Positions 1 through 13,270 of a DNA stretch of 64,000 bases are shown piece by piece. The position numbers and the translations under genes were made by a program. Under the pieces are notes generated by a model. The model did no database searches, had not been told where the DNA came from, and was given only the letters and a program-made list of their open reading frames with translations. The stretch comes from Eledone cirrhosa (taxonomy: Eukaryota). The stretch lies in NCBI GenBank assembly GCA_964016885.1, contig OZ024740.1, forward strand, positions 328,228,001-328,292,000, written 5' to 3'. Every line of letters starts with the position of its first letter. Position 1 is the first letter of the stretch.

Positions 1-16
1 TCGGTCAACGGTGGGC

Positions 17-94
<78 letters not shown>

Positions 95-552
95 GATCAT
101 ACCTTTTAATGGACATTCATTCCTCAAGCTAGCATCAACTGGGAATTGAAACTATCCTCATATTAGCGTGCCAAAATATTGGATATTGGTATCCCTTTCA
201 CAATGCATGAAGATCCTATAATTTAGGGTGTATGGGGAGTGAAAAATGTGTGGGTTCATGCAGTGACATAGTTACGTTGTACCATCAGGGGGTGGTCCTT
301 GTTTTTACCCCTCACTCTATTTACAAAAACCAGCATAATACGCACCAAATGTGCCAAGCAATGTCACCCAGAGAAGACCGCCAACCTTCCTACTCCTACT
401 GGGTTTGCTTTGCTTGAATTTGCTTGAATTTGCTTGAATCAAATGTTTTTAAATGATGATTGACCCCCCCTCCCCCCATCACAGGCTCTCCGTGTGCCAG
501 GAACTTTATTAAAGGTTCTACCAATCTCACCGACATGAAAACTTCATACACA

Positions 553-924
553 CTCTCGGGTCTCGAATAATCATCCCGCCTTGCTTAATAATTTTTTCAG
601 ATTCTTTCCCCTGTTTATTAAATTTTGCTAATCTATCAATCTATCTCCGGCGAATTTTATTTTAATTGGGAGTATTCCTGCGACCATTAATTTTCTTTAT
701 ACGTTAAAAAACATTATACATGAGAAAATCGTACATTACTAGAAATCCCATACATTATGAAATAAATAGGATGGGTTGGGGGTCTCAATATGTAAACTAA
801 ACGACTAATTCTGTTTTCTAAAAAAATCGCCGGAGACAACATAGGAAAATTACGGACCCCGCTCCCTCGCATATTCCAACTCCCCCACTTATTCCACACA
901 ACCCTATTATTTGGGACGCGAGAC
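553..924. mobile_element. Possible MITE
   Basis: Imperfect inverted ends CTCTCGGGTCTCGAATAAT / ATTATTTGGGACGCGAGAC. Confidence 0.35.
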
Positions 925-1263
925 TACATACATATACACGCGTGCGCAAAGACGCACGAACAAAACATAGAGACACACGCTTACAGCCACCATCTGCATC
1001 AGCTTTTCGTATGCCTAATATTACATATCTCTTATGACAAACTTCTATATACAAAGCTCATAAACAGTAAAATTGTAGTTTCTCCATCTACTAGAAATAG
1101 CCGCAATAGAAAAACATAGAACACGTTTGATCATACGTCTGCTGGAACATCAAACGCCAGTCATTCATTCATGTAAAATGTTATCCACATATGTTGAAAT
1201 GAAAACATACCCATGTGTGGATGTGTGAGCGTGCGCTGCACACACAGCAGCACACTATGTACG

Positions 1264-1295
<32 letters not shown>

Positions 1296-2233
1296 TGTGT
1301 GTGTGTGTGTGTGTGTGTGTGTATTCCACTCTCATCTTCATTAAGGTGAGAGAAGCTCTATGCCCACTAAAATCCTCACTACATCATTAGTTTAAAAGAG
1401 GGGATTAATTAAAGTCGACAGTTAAAGTTAGTAGAGCAAAACACACATCTACTTGGATATGCGCTACAATTTATGTAAATATTATATTTATCACATATCG
1501 AAGTTTTCTGACCATTTTAGAGTGCAAAGAGCTAAACTAATCACTACAACTAAATTGATCAAATTTGCCCCCACCTCCCACCCCATCAATTCAGAAATGC
1601 TTCCACCGCTCCTCGAAACTGGTGGAGGATCTATTTGGCTTGAGTAGAAGTCACCTGGCTAAGGTGCCACATAGCGGGATCGAACCCGAAAAAATGAAGC
1701 GAACTTCTTAATCACACAATCTTACCTAGGACAAAGAGCTTTGCTCAATACACCACAATTTCCTCATCTTCTTCTCCCTCCCTCGTGGCACACTGGATAA
1801 CACAGCATTTTTCCATTTTGTGAGAGTGGTTTTTATGAACGGATTTACTATCGCACCTTCTCTCTATCCCACTCACACACACACACACGCGCGCCCTCTC
1901 CTCCACCCCTACTTAGACATCTGAAGGGACTTGACTTATCACTAGCACTTGAAACACTCAACGCATTTGTTGTGTTTGTGTATGCACCCAAGCATGTGTG
2001 CGCGGGTGTGTGTATAATTATTGAACGCTGTGAGTAGAGTTAGTCTCTTTAAGGAGACCTTAAAACAAACAGTCAATATTGAAGGTTCTGTAGACGTCAA
2101 TACAATAAAATAATTGACAACAGTAGGAGTTTATTATTATGTGAATATAATTTCACAACAGCCGATATCTTATGTTTCAGACACTTCACATATTATCACT
2201 TGTAACACCAACACTACTATCACCAACAATAAC

Positions 2234-3258
2234 AATTGTTCTTTATATAGGCACAAGGCGAGAAATTTATAGGGAAGGGATAGTCGATAAAATCAACCCC
2301 AGTACTTCAGTGATAATTTATCTTATCAACACCGGAAGTATGAAAGGGCAACTTTGACCTCGGCAGGATTTAACCTCAGAACGTAAAGGACCGGAACTAA
2401 ATAGAGCAAGGTATTTTGTCTGACTATTCTGCCATTTCATCGCCCTTATAATAATTGTTTCTACATTTAGCACAAGGCCAGTAATTTGAAGGGAAGGAGG
2501 AAGTCCATTAAATTGACCCGAGTGTGTTACTAGTACTTTATTTTATCGACCACGAAAGGATCAAAAGCAAGGCTAATGTCGGCTGGATTTGAACTCAGAA
2601 GGTAAAGGGCCGTAAATCTATGCCGCAACGCATGTTGACCGACGTTCGATTGATACAGCCATTTCACCGCTTTTATAATAATAATTGTTTCTACATTTAG
2701 CACAAGGCCAGCAATTTGAAGGAAAGGAGAAAGTCGATTAAATCGACTCCACTCTCTTACAGGTACTTTATTTTATTGACCTTGTAAGTATGAAAGTCAA
2801 AGTTAACCTCGGCGAGATTTGAACTCAGAACGTAAAGTGCCGTAATTATAAGCTGCAAAGCCTATTGTCCGACCCTCTACATATATTGCCAATCCACCAC
2901 CTATCTACTACCCTTATAATAATTGTTTCTACTTTTGGCACAAGGCCAGCAATTACCCAGTACATTACTGGTACTTTATTTTATCGACCCCGTAAGGATG
3001 AAAGGCAAAGTTAACTTTATAATAATTGTTAACTTTATAATAATGATTTCTGATTTAGGCACAAGGCCGACAATATTTGGGGCGGGCAAAGTCGAATAAA
3101 TCGATCCCAATGCGGTACTGGTACTTTACTTTATCGACCACGTAAGGATGAAAAGCAAAGTTAATCTCGGCCGGATTCAAACTCAGAACTGAAACGGACA
3201 TAACTATAAGCCACAAAGCATATTGTCCTACGCTCTTCCGATATTGCCAATCTACGAC
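2234..3258 (-). mobile_element. Head-to-tail array of five tRNA-derived SINE copies
   Basis: Units at about 2234, 2452, 2683, 2920 (partial) and 3043. Family has a B box GAGTTCAAATCC, an A-box-like TGGCAGTATCGG, core GCCTTTCATCCTTACGGGGTCGATAAAATAAAGTACCAG and tail GGCCTTGTGCC..AGAAACAATT(ATT)n. Confidence 0.85.
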
Positions 3259-3854
3259 GGAATTTCTGGTCCTTACCCTCTTTCTTCTCGTAACAATTTT
3301 TTTTCGAAACTTTTTTTTTTAATCATACCTCTGAAACAGTAGATTGCAATCTTGCAAAACCTTTTCTTTCTATTTGTCACCCTTTCTTCATCCCCTAATC
3401 TTTGGGTTTCTATGTTCTTTAAGAACATTCCTTTGGATTCCTATATTTGAAACATAGGAGATTATTGTTTTATTTAATTCCTTTTTAATAATATCAGTTA
3501 GGGTTGGGTCTAAGGTCACATTTAGGGTTAGATATAGAGTTGGGTTAGCGTTGGGGTTAATTTTAATCTTCCATCTTTTAAATGTTGGAATCAGAAAAAA
3601 GATTGCCTCCCTCAAAAGTTAGGGACTTTATTTATCGACTTCGAACACAAAACAAAGAAAAAAAAAACAATCGCAAAGTTGATATAGGCAGAATCATAAT
3701 CTCCTGTGCTTTAACTGTAGGAATCCAAAGACATTTTGTGAACAAGATATACCATAAAATTCCATGGTAGGGAATAGGGACCAAAAACTACTTAATATTA
3801 CGACGACCACCACCAACACCATCACCACCATCACCACCACTACTATAATAATAA

Positions 3855-4034
3855 TAATTGTTTCTACTTTTTGGCACAAGGCCAGCAATAACCCAGCGCA
3901 TTACTGGTACTTTATTTTATCGACCCCGTAAGGATGAAAAGCAAAGTTAACCTCGGCGGAATTTGAACTCATAACGCAAAGGGACCATAACTCTATGCTG
4001 AAAAACATGGTGTCTGACGCTCTACCGATACTGC
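3855..4034 (-). mobile_element. tRNA-derived SINE
   Basis: Same family as 2234-3258. Confidence 0.85.
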
Positions 4035-4042
4035 AATAATAA

Positions 4043-4543
4043 TAGGCTGTTCAGAAATGAACGCAAGTTTTATGTTTTTATTTGTTTAAACATTCTTTAA
4101 AGAATAAAAACTCACGCAAGGTGTATAAAATTTTATGCTTTTTCATTCTCATATATATTGCCTTATTGTGAATTGTCAGATCTTTGAAGTTTATTTTTAT
4201 GAGTTTAAACTCGTCTGCAGTGCAGCCCAAACGACCAGAAACAGCATGCTCACTGGATCTGTCACCAACCGACTGTCGTTTTTTCAAGCATTTCGACAAC
4301 TTCTTGCAAAGAAATGTCCTCAACAACCACATGCCGCAAAACTCCATTTAAAGATGTCATCGCATGCTAAATTTCAGAATTCTATGTTACTGGAATAAAT
4401 CAACTTATATTAATAAATCAACTATTAATTTAGGAGATTCTAATGGTTTTTATTTCGGCCAAAAACCGATAAATTTTATTCTAGACTGTGGTATGTAGTT
4501 TTAAATTTAATGTTTAAAAACCTGCATTAATTTCTGCCAATCC
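4043..4543. mobile_element. Mariner-like non-autonomous element
   Basis: Imperfect TIRs GGCTGTTCAGAAATGAACGCAAGTTTT / AAAACCTGCATTAATTTCTGCCAATCC. Confidence 0.55.
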
Positions 4544-5239
4544 ATCAACCGCCTTTATAATGGCACAATTACTTTTGGCACAAGGCCAGCAATTTAAAAA
4601 GAAGAGAAAATCGATTATATCGACCCCATTATATATTTTATCGATACCGGAAGGATGAAAGGCAAACAACAGCAACAACGACAATGAAGGGATGTGTTTG
4701 TTATGAGAGATGTGCTATAGCTAATATCTATGGACAATCATTTTAAGTTGCATCGATATTTTACTCAATTGATAAGATGTATCGTTTAATTTTTTAATCA
4801 GAGGTGGAAAGGCAAAAACCTATGATATTTCACAGGGCTTTCGATAATTGTAGATGGAAAGGATGAAAGTATTTTCAAACCGAACACCTTCATGCGGCTT
4901 GCAAAAGAAGGAACAGCGACAAAGGCATTCAAAAACTAATGTTTAATGGAGTGACAAATGTTTACTATCCAAGAACTGTCATCCCAACGTACTTCAATAC
5001 AGTTTCCGTCTACCAAATTTTACTCACAAAGTTTTGATGGAAGCATGGTTATGATATATGACACAGTGGAATTGAACCCGAAATCACGTAGTTGTGAATC
5101 AGACTTGGCCACGTAATCATTCATGATTGTGGTTAATTAAATTATAAAAAAGAAACATGAAGAATAGTACCCTCGTTTGTTCAAAATCAGAAAATAGTAT
5201 CGATGGCAGCGTTCATATTCTTTTGCTTGGCCCCTTTAA

Positions 5240-5570
5240 ACATCAACACTACACAACCAGCACATCATCATCACCATCACCTATATCACCACCCCCACCA
5301 CCAACAATAACACATCACCACTACCAACACCACCAGCAACAACAACATCGCGACAGCCACAATATATACATCACAATACATCACCATAACAATACATCAC
5401 CACGACCACCACCAACAACAACAATATCACCACCACCCCACCACAACACATCATCATCACCAGCACCAGACAACATCACCACCATCACCACTACAACAAC
5501 AACACAATCTCCCCAACAATACCACTATCCCAACACCACAGCCACCATCCCACAACCATCATCATCACCG
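5240..5570. repeat. Degenerate (CAC/CAA/CAT)n tract
   Basis: Directly visible; explains the 197-aa low-complexity ORF. Confidence 0.9.
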
Positions 5571-5792
5571 ACTGTTGTTAAGACAGGTGCTTTTTCTGGC
5601 GGTGGGAGAAAACATTTTTGTCGCAGTGTGTGGGGTGGGATCTTTTTCCCTGAGAAAGGAAAGATTTTTTTTCCCAGGGTTTTGGCTTTGGACCACGGGT
5701 GGGCTTATATCCGGATCGCCCTTTTTTTTTTAGAGAAGAGAGACTACTAATATTAGTTCCTTGCAACCTAACGAATTATATGTTTATATATA

Positions 5793-5889
5793 CAGGGTGT
5801 CCCGCAAAATATATACAGACAGGCTGTGCAGTCTGACAAAAATTGCCTGTACAGGTAATCAAAGTGTGTATACATATTTCGGGAAACTT

Positions 5890-5891
<2 letters not shown>
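5793..5891. mobile_element. Tc1/mariner micro-MITE
   Basis: TA-flanked imperfect TIRs CAGGGTGTCCCGCAAAATATATACA / TGTATACATATTTCGGGAAACTTTG. Confidence 0.55.
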
Positions 5892-5928
<37 letters not shown>

Positions 5929-5936
5929 GCACGCGT

Positions 5937-6047
<111 letters not shown>

Positions 6048-6048
6048 T

Positions 6049-6081
<33 letters not shown>

Positions 6082-6488
6082 GAACGCAAGACTTGTTGAC
6101 GAAGTAAATCCTTTGTTCTGTCGTCAAAGGCCATTAACTTGCAGACCCCTGCAAGCGGAATTTGTCGATCTCGGATTTACAGAAACCTAGCGTGGATGTT
6201 GTATGTTATATGTGATGTATATTGTATGCTATACGTGATGTGTTATGTATTGCATTCGATGTCCACGTGATGGTCCAGGTCAGTCAAAATCTTTTCCTGA
6301 GTTCAGTTTTTTTCGTTGCTATGGCAATGCGGCTAGACTGTCGGTCGCTATATTTGATTTGCAAAGCTGTCTAAACGTATTGTTATAACTCTGGGGTATA
6401 ATTCTCCATCGAGTGCTAAGCTGCATTCCGAATCTGCATTCGTTAGCTTGGCCGCAGCCAAAAGCTTCGTTAATGCTGCACTAAAATT

Positions 6489-6524
<36 letters not shown>

Positions 6525-6744
6525 AATTCTAAGGAAAGTAGCAGCCTGCCAAATCAAACCAAACAAGAAAACAGTTTTCACTGTTTTTTTCCATAGCCAA
6601 TACGTTCTGCCGGTCGCAATCCCTAAACCCCCTAGTAGGAAGCAGCGTGAGTTGGCACAGAAGGCACAGAACCGTATTTAGATACGGCAAAACAACACGT
6701 TCAACTCATTTAACAATTCCATTAATCCACCAATCCACTTCGAA

Positions 6745-7170
6745 TGGACTGGAACTTTATTTATCGATCCTGAAAAAGAGTCAGGCCAAGTTGCGCTAAA
6801 CGGAATTTGAACTCAGAGCAGTGTGTCGGAATTAATACTAAATTATTTGCTTCGATGCTCTAACGACTCTGCCAACAAACTGGTCCTAAAATCTTAGTCT
6901 GACTGGTTAACAAGCTGTGATGTTGAAATCTTCACAAGTCTGTTTAACAATCTATGTTCAGTGAGATGATGTGACACAAATATATTTATGTACATATTAC
7001 ACAAATATACACGTACATGCTAGCGAGTGAATGGCAGTATCGGTAGAACTTCGGATAAAGTAGTTTGTTTTTGCGAACTTTATTTACGTTCTTAGTTCAA
7101 ATCCCACCCTGGTCTATTTTGACTTCCTTCCTTCCAGGTCGATAACATAAGTACTGGGTTTAATGTAATT
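6745..7170. mobile_element. Two diverged SINE copies (6745-6877 -, 7025-7170 +)
   Basis: B box and ATCGA/AAGTAC core remnants. Confidence 0.6.
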
Positions 7171-7476
7171 GATTATACCGTCAAAAGCTATGCTCCAGCA
7201 TGGCCTGGATTAATGACTGATACCATTTAATGATAGAAAAATACACGTTAAATACACATATGCGCTCTGACAAACATACCTTTTTCTATATAAAAGTTTA
7301 TACATGTACACGTACATAGACATATGCATTGAAGTATACACCTACACGCATACATACATACATACACACATACACACACACATGCGTTTATGTGTGTAAG
7401 GTGTAAGTAAGAATACCCAGAAAATCTTTAGCTGACCAGCACCTCCTCTCCTCCCTGTCTACCTCACTATCTCACT

Positions 7477-7507
<31 letters not shown>

Positions 7508-7573
7508 GTTCAAGAAATGACAAGCGAGAGATGCGAAAAAACAAAGTCTTATTAATATCACGCTTAGGAAGAA

Positions 7574-7619
<46 letters not shown>

Positions 7620-7822
7620 ATAGATAGATATAGCTATAGATATATATATATATATGTATATATATAATTACATATGTATGCATGTTTGTATGCGTGGGTA
7701 GATCAGTAGTGACCATAGCATAGTTTAAAGCCGGTATACACGTGCCAGCAGCACATACTGCCGAAAGTATATTTACAGAGCAAGGTGGTATTTACATGTA
7801 TGTATATATCTACGTAAGGAAG

Positions 7823-7854
<32 letters not shown>

Positions 7855-8274
7855 TAACTTCTTGTATGTACTTTACTTTATCACTGTTACTTCAGAGTCT
7901 TTAAGGCGGGTATATATATATATTTACATAACAGTTTTTATCAATTAGAATGAGCGTATAACTCGTACATAACCACCAAAATATAGACACACACATATAC
8001 ACAAACTCACACACATACACACAAACTTACACTCACATAATGTATATATTTAGATACATATAAACATATAGTATATTTCTAAAAGTATTATATATAAAGA
8101 TCATGCTTATGAATAGAATGTAAATACTTTATAAATAAATATATATATAGTTTATATGTAAAAGTATTAAATATAAAAATCATGCTTATATATATATTAT
8201 ACATACATACAAACACACATACTCATATGTATATATATATATACATATATATATCTATCTTTACATATGTGTAT

Positions 8275-8310
<36 letters not shown>

Positions 8311-8350
8311 GTGTGTGTGTGTGTGCATGCATAAATAAAGATGTACTCAC

Positions 8351-8568
8351 GGAGAATTTGCAAGGTGTCCGGTAGCTTCAGCATGTGCATTGTATACACA
8401 CACCCCCAGTAATAATAGTAAAATACAATACACCCTGTTTGACGGTGACAAGAAGCTAATGCCACCACTAGTCCCAGCATTGCTAATATCGATACCTTCG
8501 TGGCCTGTGTAACAACAGTGGTTACAATCAGGCCCAGACTTGGCCGTAGCCGTGTCTTTTGATGTCAT
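8351..8568 (-). CDS. Probable first coding exon of a host gene for a secreted or membrane protein
   Basis: Non-repetitive ORF MTSKD...NRVYCILLLLLGVCVYNAHA-EATGHLANS with a hydrophobic signal-like core. It ends at a canonical donor CC|GTGAGT (8350-8345, phase 2). Upstream is a CTG-rich UTR-like region. No downstream exon identified. Confidence 0.6.
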
Positions 8569-8884
8569 AGTTCTTTTAACAAACGTCTGCTTTCCTTACT
8601 TCTCAGCTGTATTACTGCGAGCAACAAGGGCAAAAACCAGCAGTAGTAAGAACAGCAGTAGTAGCAGTAGCAACAGTAGAGAAGACCGAAGGGTGCATGA
8701 ACAACCACGGCAGCAGCAGCAGCAGCAGTAGCAACAGCGGCGGCAACAGCAGCGCCTGTTGTTTGTGTTTTTGTAGCTGTGGTAGAGGGTTGGCAGTAGT
8801 TTTGGCAGTGGTGGGTTGTTCACATTGATGTTGATGTATTACGAATACCCAGTATAAAGAGGCAGTTTATTCAGCCTTGTAGAC

Positions 8885-8890
8885 TTTATA
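8885..8890 (-). promoter_or_regulatory. Possible TATA box for the 8568 gene
   Basis: TATAAA(G) on the minus strand about 320 nt upstream of the ATG, at the edge of the unique sequence. Confidence 0.25.
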
Positions 8891-9169
8891 CGCTCACATC
8901 CACACATGTATTAGCACATATGGTATAGGAAATAACACACACACATGCACATACACGCTCATACGTATACGCACACACATCGCACACACATATATTGTTT
9001 AATCAACGAAGGAAAGGTAGTGGCCATTACCCTTTTGAGGGACCCCAGGGATAATTAGATGAAGGCATTATCAAACCGGACATCGGGTCCGAATGCTGGC
9101 ATCAGACTTGACTCCGCTGAAAGCACCTAAGGACCAGATTATAGCATTAAATCGGGAGACGGATTAAGT

Positions 9170-9255
<86 letters not shown>

Positions 9256-9332
9256 CTGGATGTCCCCAAAATCTATACACATATTTATTAGAATGCTGTT
9301 GAAATGTGTATATATATTGTTGGGACACCTTG
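9256..9332. mobile_element. Tc1/mariner micro-MITE (same family as 5793)
   Basis: TIRs CTGGATGTCCCCAAAATCTATACACA / TGTGTATATATATTGTTGGGACACCTTG. Confidence 0.55.
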
Positions 9333-9334
9333 AA

Positions 9335-9364
<30 letters not shown>

Positions 9365-9365
<1 letters not shown>

Positions 9366-9557
9366 CACGAAGGAAGAGTGGTAAGGAACCAGATGGACCA
9401 TAACGCACCAGAGTGCTCAATACTTAGGGTAGTAGAGTGGGTAATAGGAAAATGTTTGACCCCGACGGCAGATCTCAAGCCGTTTCGACGGCTATTTCTG
9501 GAGTCCCAAAATAGCCGTCGAAACGGCTTGAGCACTGCCGTCGGGGTCAAACATTTT

Positions 9558-9562
<5 letters not shown>
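9365..9562 (-). mobile_element. Fold-back (TA)n-flanked element, family A
   Basis: About 55-bp inverted arms plus an 80-bp one-sided tail; homologous to 60961-61150, 40380-40490 and 15530-15670. Confidence 0.75.
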
Positions 9563-9614
<52 letters not shown>

Positions 9615-10151
9615 CGGCGATGAATTAGTTTTGTGAAGTTTTTGATATGAAATCGTGTGTCGAAACAAATATTGTTATACTTGGGAAGGGTCATATTTGT
9701 GTAATATTGCCAGAATTAATAACAGAACACGCTCACTATTTGGTTGGTTTTCGCTTTTCGTTTCTGTGTCTTTTATATCGGTTAATTTAATTTATTCGGT
9801 CCTCAATGTTGCCATTGACTGACCAACGGTCAAAAATACAGATACGATATAGACACAAACACATATATATAGTTTATCAAAGTTCTTTCGTTGCACATCT
9901 GCAACATCGTCAGTGTTGCTATTATGTTTCCTCCCGTTGCATTGTATGCTTACGCCATCTTTATTTAGTCTGTTTATTTATTTATTTATTTGTTTATTTT
10001 TTATGTCTTCTCTGCGCATGCGTTTTACGTGTGTGTATAGTGTTTTGTTTGATGTGTGTTCTTGTTTGGGTGACTGTGTATTGGTTAATGTATTCTATCT
10101 TAGTTTACTAGTGTGTGTTTATATGTGTTTGTTGTTATTGTGCTTGTGTAT

Positions 10152-10186
<35 letters not shown>

Positions 10187-10242
10187 TACTTCTCTTAGGT
10201 CAGTGTTATTTGTTTGGGTGTTGTTGGTATTCCATTCATTTT

Positions 10243-10280
<38 letters not shown>

Positions 10281-10283
<3 letters not shown>

Positions 10284-10470
10284 TTTATCCCGGGTTCAAT
10301 CGGGTGTAACCACAGTTAGGAAGGTACTCAATATAAAGCAGAATAAAACTATTTTATATAGAAAGGCTGCTACAGGACTAGAACTGTTTCATTCGGGAGA
10401 AATCATCAGTTGGCTTCCTGATGATTTCTACCGAATGAAACAGTTCTAGTCCTGTAGAAGCCTTTCTATA
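10281..10470 (-). mobile_element. Fold-back (TA)n-flanked element, family B
   Basis: Arms 10356-10409 / 10418-10470 begin with CTGATGA...GAAAC; homologous to 48810-48980 and 28020-28142. Confidence 0.75.
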
Positions 10471-10599
10471 AATATATATATATATATGAAACTACAGGGG
10501 TCATTCGCAATCGAGTATGTGCCATATTCCTCACTAGGGGTGTACTGAGGAAATACTTATACCCTCTTGACTCTCGTTCTTTTGATCCAGTGGACCATC

Positions 10600-10765
10600 G
10601 AGGATGTGCCAGTTGGAAGGGAGCAGCACAATCCCTGAACTGGTACTTTCTTTCTCAATCATGACAGGATGAGAGGTAAAATGGGCCTCGGTGGGATTTA
10701 AACTCTGAATACAGAAATCCGGAATAAATACCCAACTACCCGGCGCTATAACGACTCTGCCAGAC
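10600..10765 (-). mobile_element. Diverged SINE
   Basis: CTGGTACTTT..GGATGA..CCTCGGTGGGATTTAAACTC..GACTCTGCCA. Confidence 0.6.
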
Positions 10766-10962
10766 AAATATACCTACATATTCACACACACTTACATACA
10801 CGCACACGTGCATACACACAGGAGCGTACACACACATACGCACACACACCAACAAACCCACACACTCACACTCACACAAACATATATAAATATTTTATTC
10901 TTTATTTAGTTAATTTTTCTGTATATTTTACATATAAATGAAAACATCTTTATTAACATACG

Positions 10963-10996
<34 letters not shown>

Positions 10997-11029
10997 CACT
11001 CATATACATATATATGCACACATACATAC

Positions 11030-11570
11030 ATGATGGCTGCAACTCAATGTTACTCAATGATACTTAAGCCTGAGCATCACCGACGTGGCTTTTTAGTCCT
11101 GCTAGGGACTTGCCTATGGCCAGCAATACCATGCATCACAAAAATTGTCACATATCAAGCAATGCCTGTGCTTGAAAGATTTTTAAGAGAGGAAAGGCTT
11201 TGCACGGAGCCAATCCCACTCTCTGAACAACGAATACATTTAGCCAAAAAGTAGAACTGGTCTATATCATTGGATACAAACGAAATCGCAGGTTTTATAT
11301 CAAGGCGATCTTCTCCTAGAGAGATGTCTTAATGAAAACTAGGAGGCTCTCGCTCCACAAAAAAACCCCCAAAATAACTTCATTAGATGGCTGTTAACTT
11401 TCCTGAGTTCCACCGCCCTTTGATGGGTGTTGTTTTTCTTTCCGCAGGGTGTCCAGCATCACTCTCTTCACCAAGCAACCTTGGCGAGGTTGCTGGTTTA
11501 GTCGTCGCCGACGACCCAACCAGGTTGTACTGGGTTACATGTTACCAGTAGCATAGAACAACGACATGAT
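11030..11570 (-). mobile_element. Diverged non-autonomous RTE derivative
   Basis: Same blocks on the minus strand (CTGGTAACATGTAACCCAGTAC, CGACTAAACC, CTAGGAGAAG, AGAGAGTGGGATTGG, GCACAGGCATTGC, GCAGCCATCAT) in ATGT-like repeats. Confidence 0.7.
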
Positions 11571-11684
11571 ATAATATACACATACATAATATGTATATAT
11601 ATACATACATAATATACATATAATATACATACACTATATGCATACATAATAAGTATATATATATGCATATATATATATATATAG

Positions 11685-12672
<988 letters not shown>

Positions 12673-13114
12673 TGTGCGCATGGGCGGGTGAGATTTGATC
12701 GCTCCCCCCGTTAAATTATCAGTGTCGTTACTAGCTTCTTGCCGTGATCTCATCAACGAAGGTCTCCACATGATTGTAGAACTACCTCTACTAGGACATG
12801 CAAAACTGCTTACGGGACCTAAACACAACTTGTAGTTGAACCTGCAGTCGATATGTCACTTCAAGATAAACGGGTCACCATTTATGTCAGCCGTGTCATC
12901 AAATTTTAGACAGCCTTCACCATGCCATTGATGAACATCGACTGGCGAGTTTCAGCTCCATCTCCTAGTCCCTCAGTGGTACATATATGATCACTCTTCT
13001 CTTGAATTAGACTGGTACCCAGCTGGATAATGAATGTCTCAGGTTTCGAGTTCGAAATGTCTTTATGGATCTACAATAGGCGTTTTCTGACTTCATCTGT
13101 TGTCATTAGAATAC

Positions 13115-13270
13115 TGCAATTATCCGAGTGCATTACTGGTACTTTATTTTATCGACCCCGTAAGGATGAAAGCAGAGTTAACCTCGGCAGGATTTGAACT
13201 GAGATCAGAAAGGGGCGTAACTCTGTGCTGCAAAGCATGTTGTCCGACCCTCTACCGATACTGCCAAACC
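13115..13270 (-). mobile_element. tRNA-derived SINE
   Basis: Same family core and boxes. Confidence 0.85.

Noticed and set aside
410-440. TTTGCTTGAA x3 tandem repeat
   Set aside because: Short local slippage duplication with no further structure.
2234-3258. CRISPR-like or tRNA gene array
   Set aside because: Units are ~200-bp diverged SINEs with no constant short repeat, no unique spacers and no cloverleaf.
5157-5750. 197-aa Pro/His/Thr-rich ORF
   Set aside because: Degenerate trinucleotide repeat with no domain or splice support.
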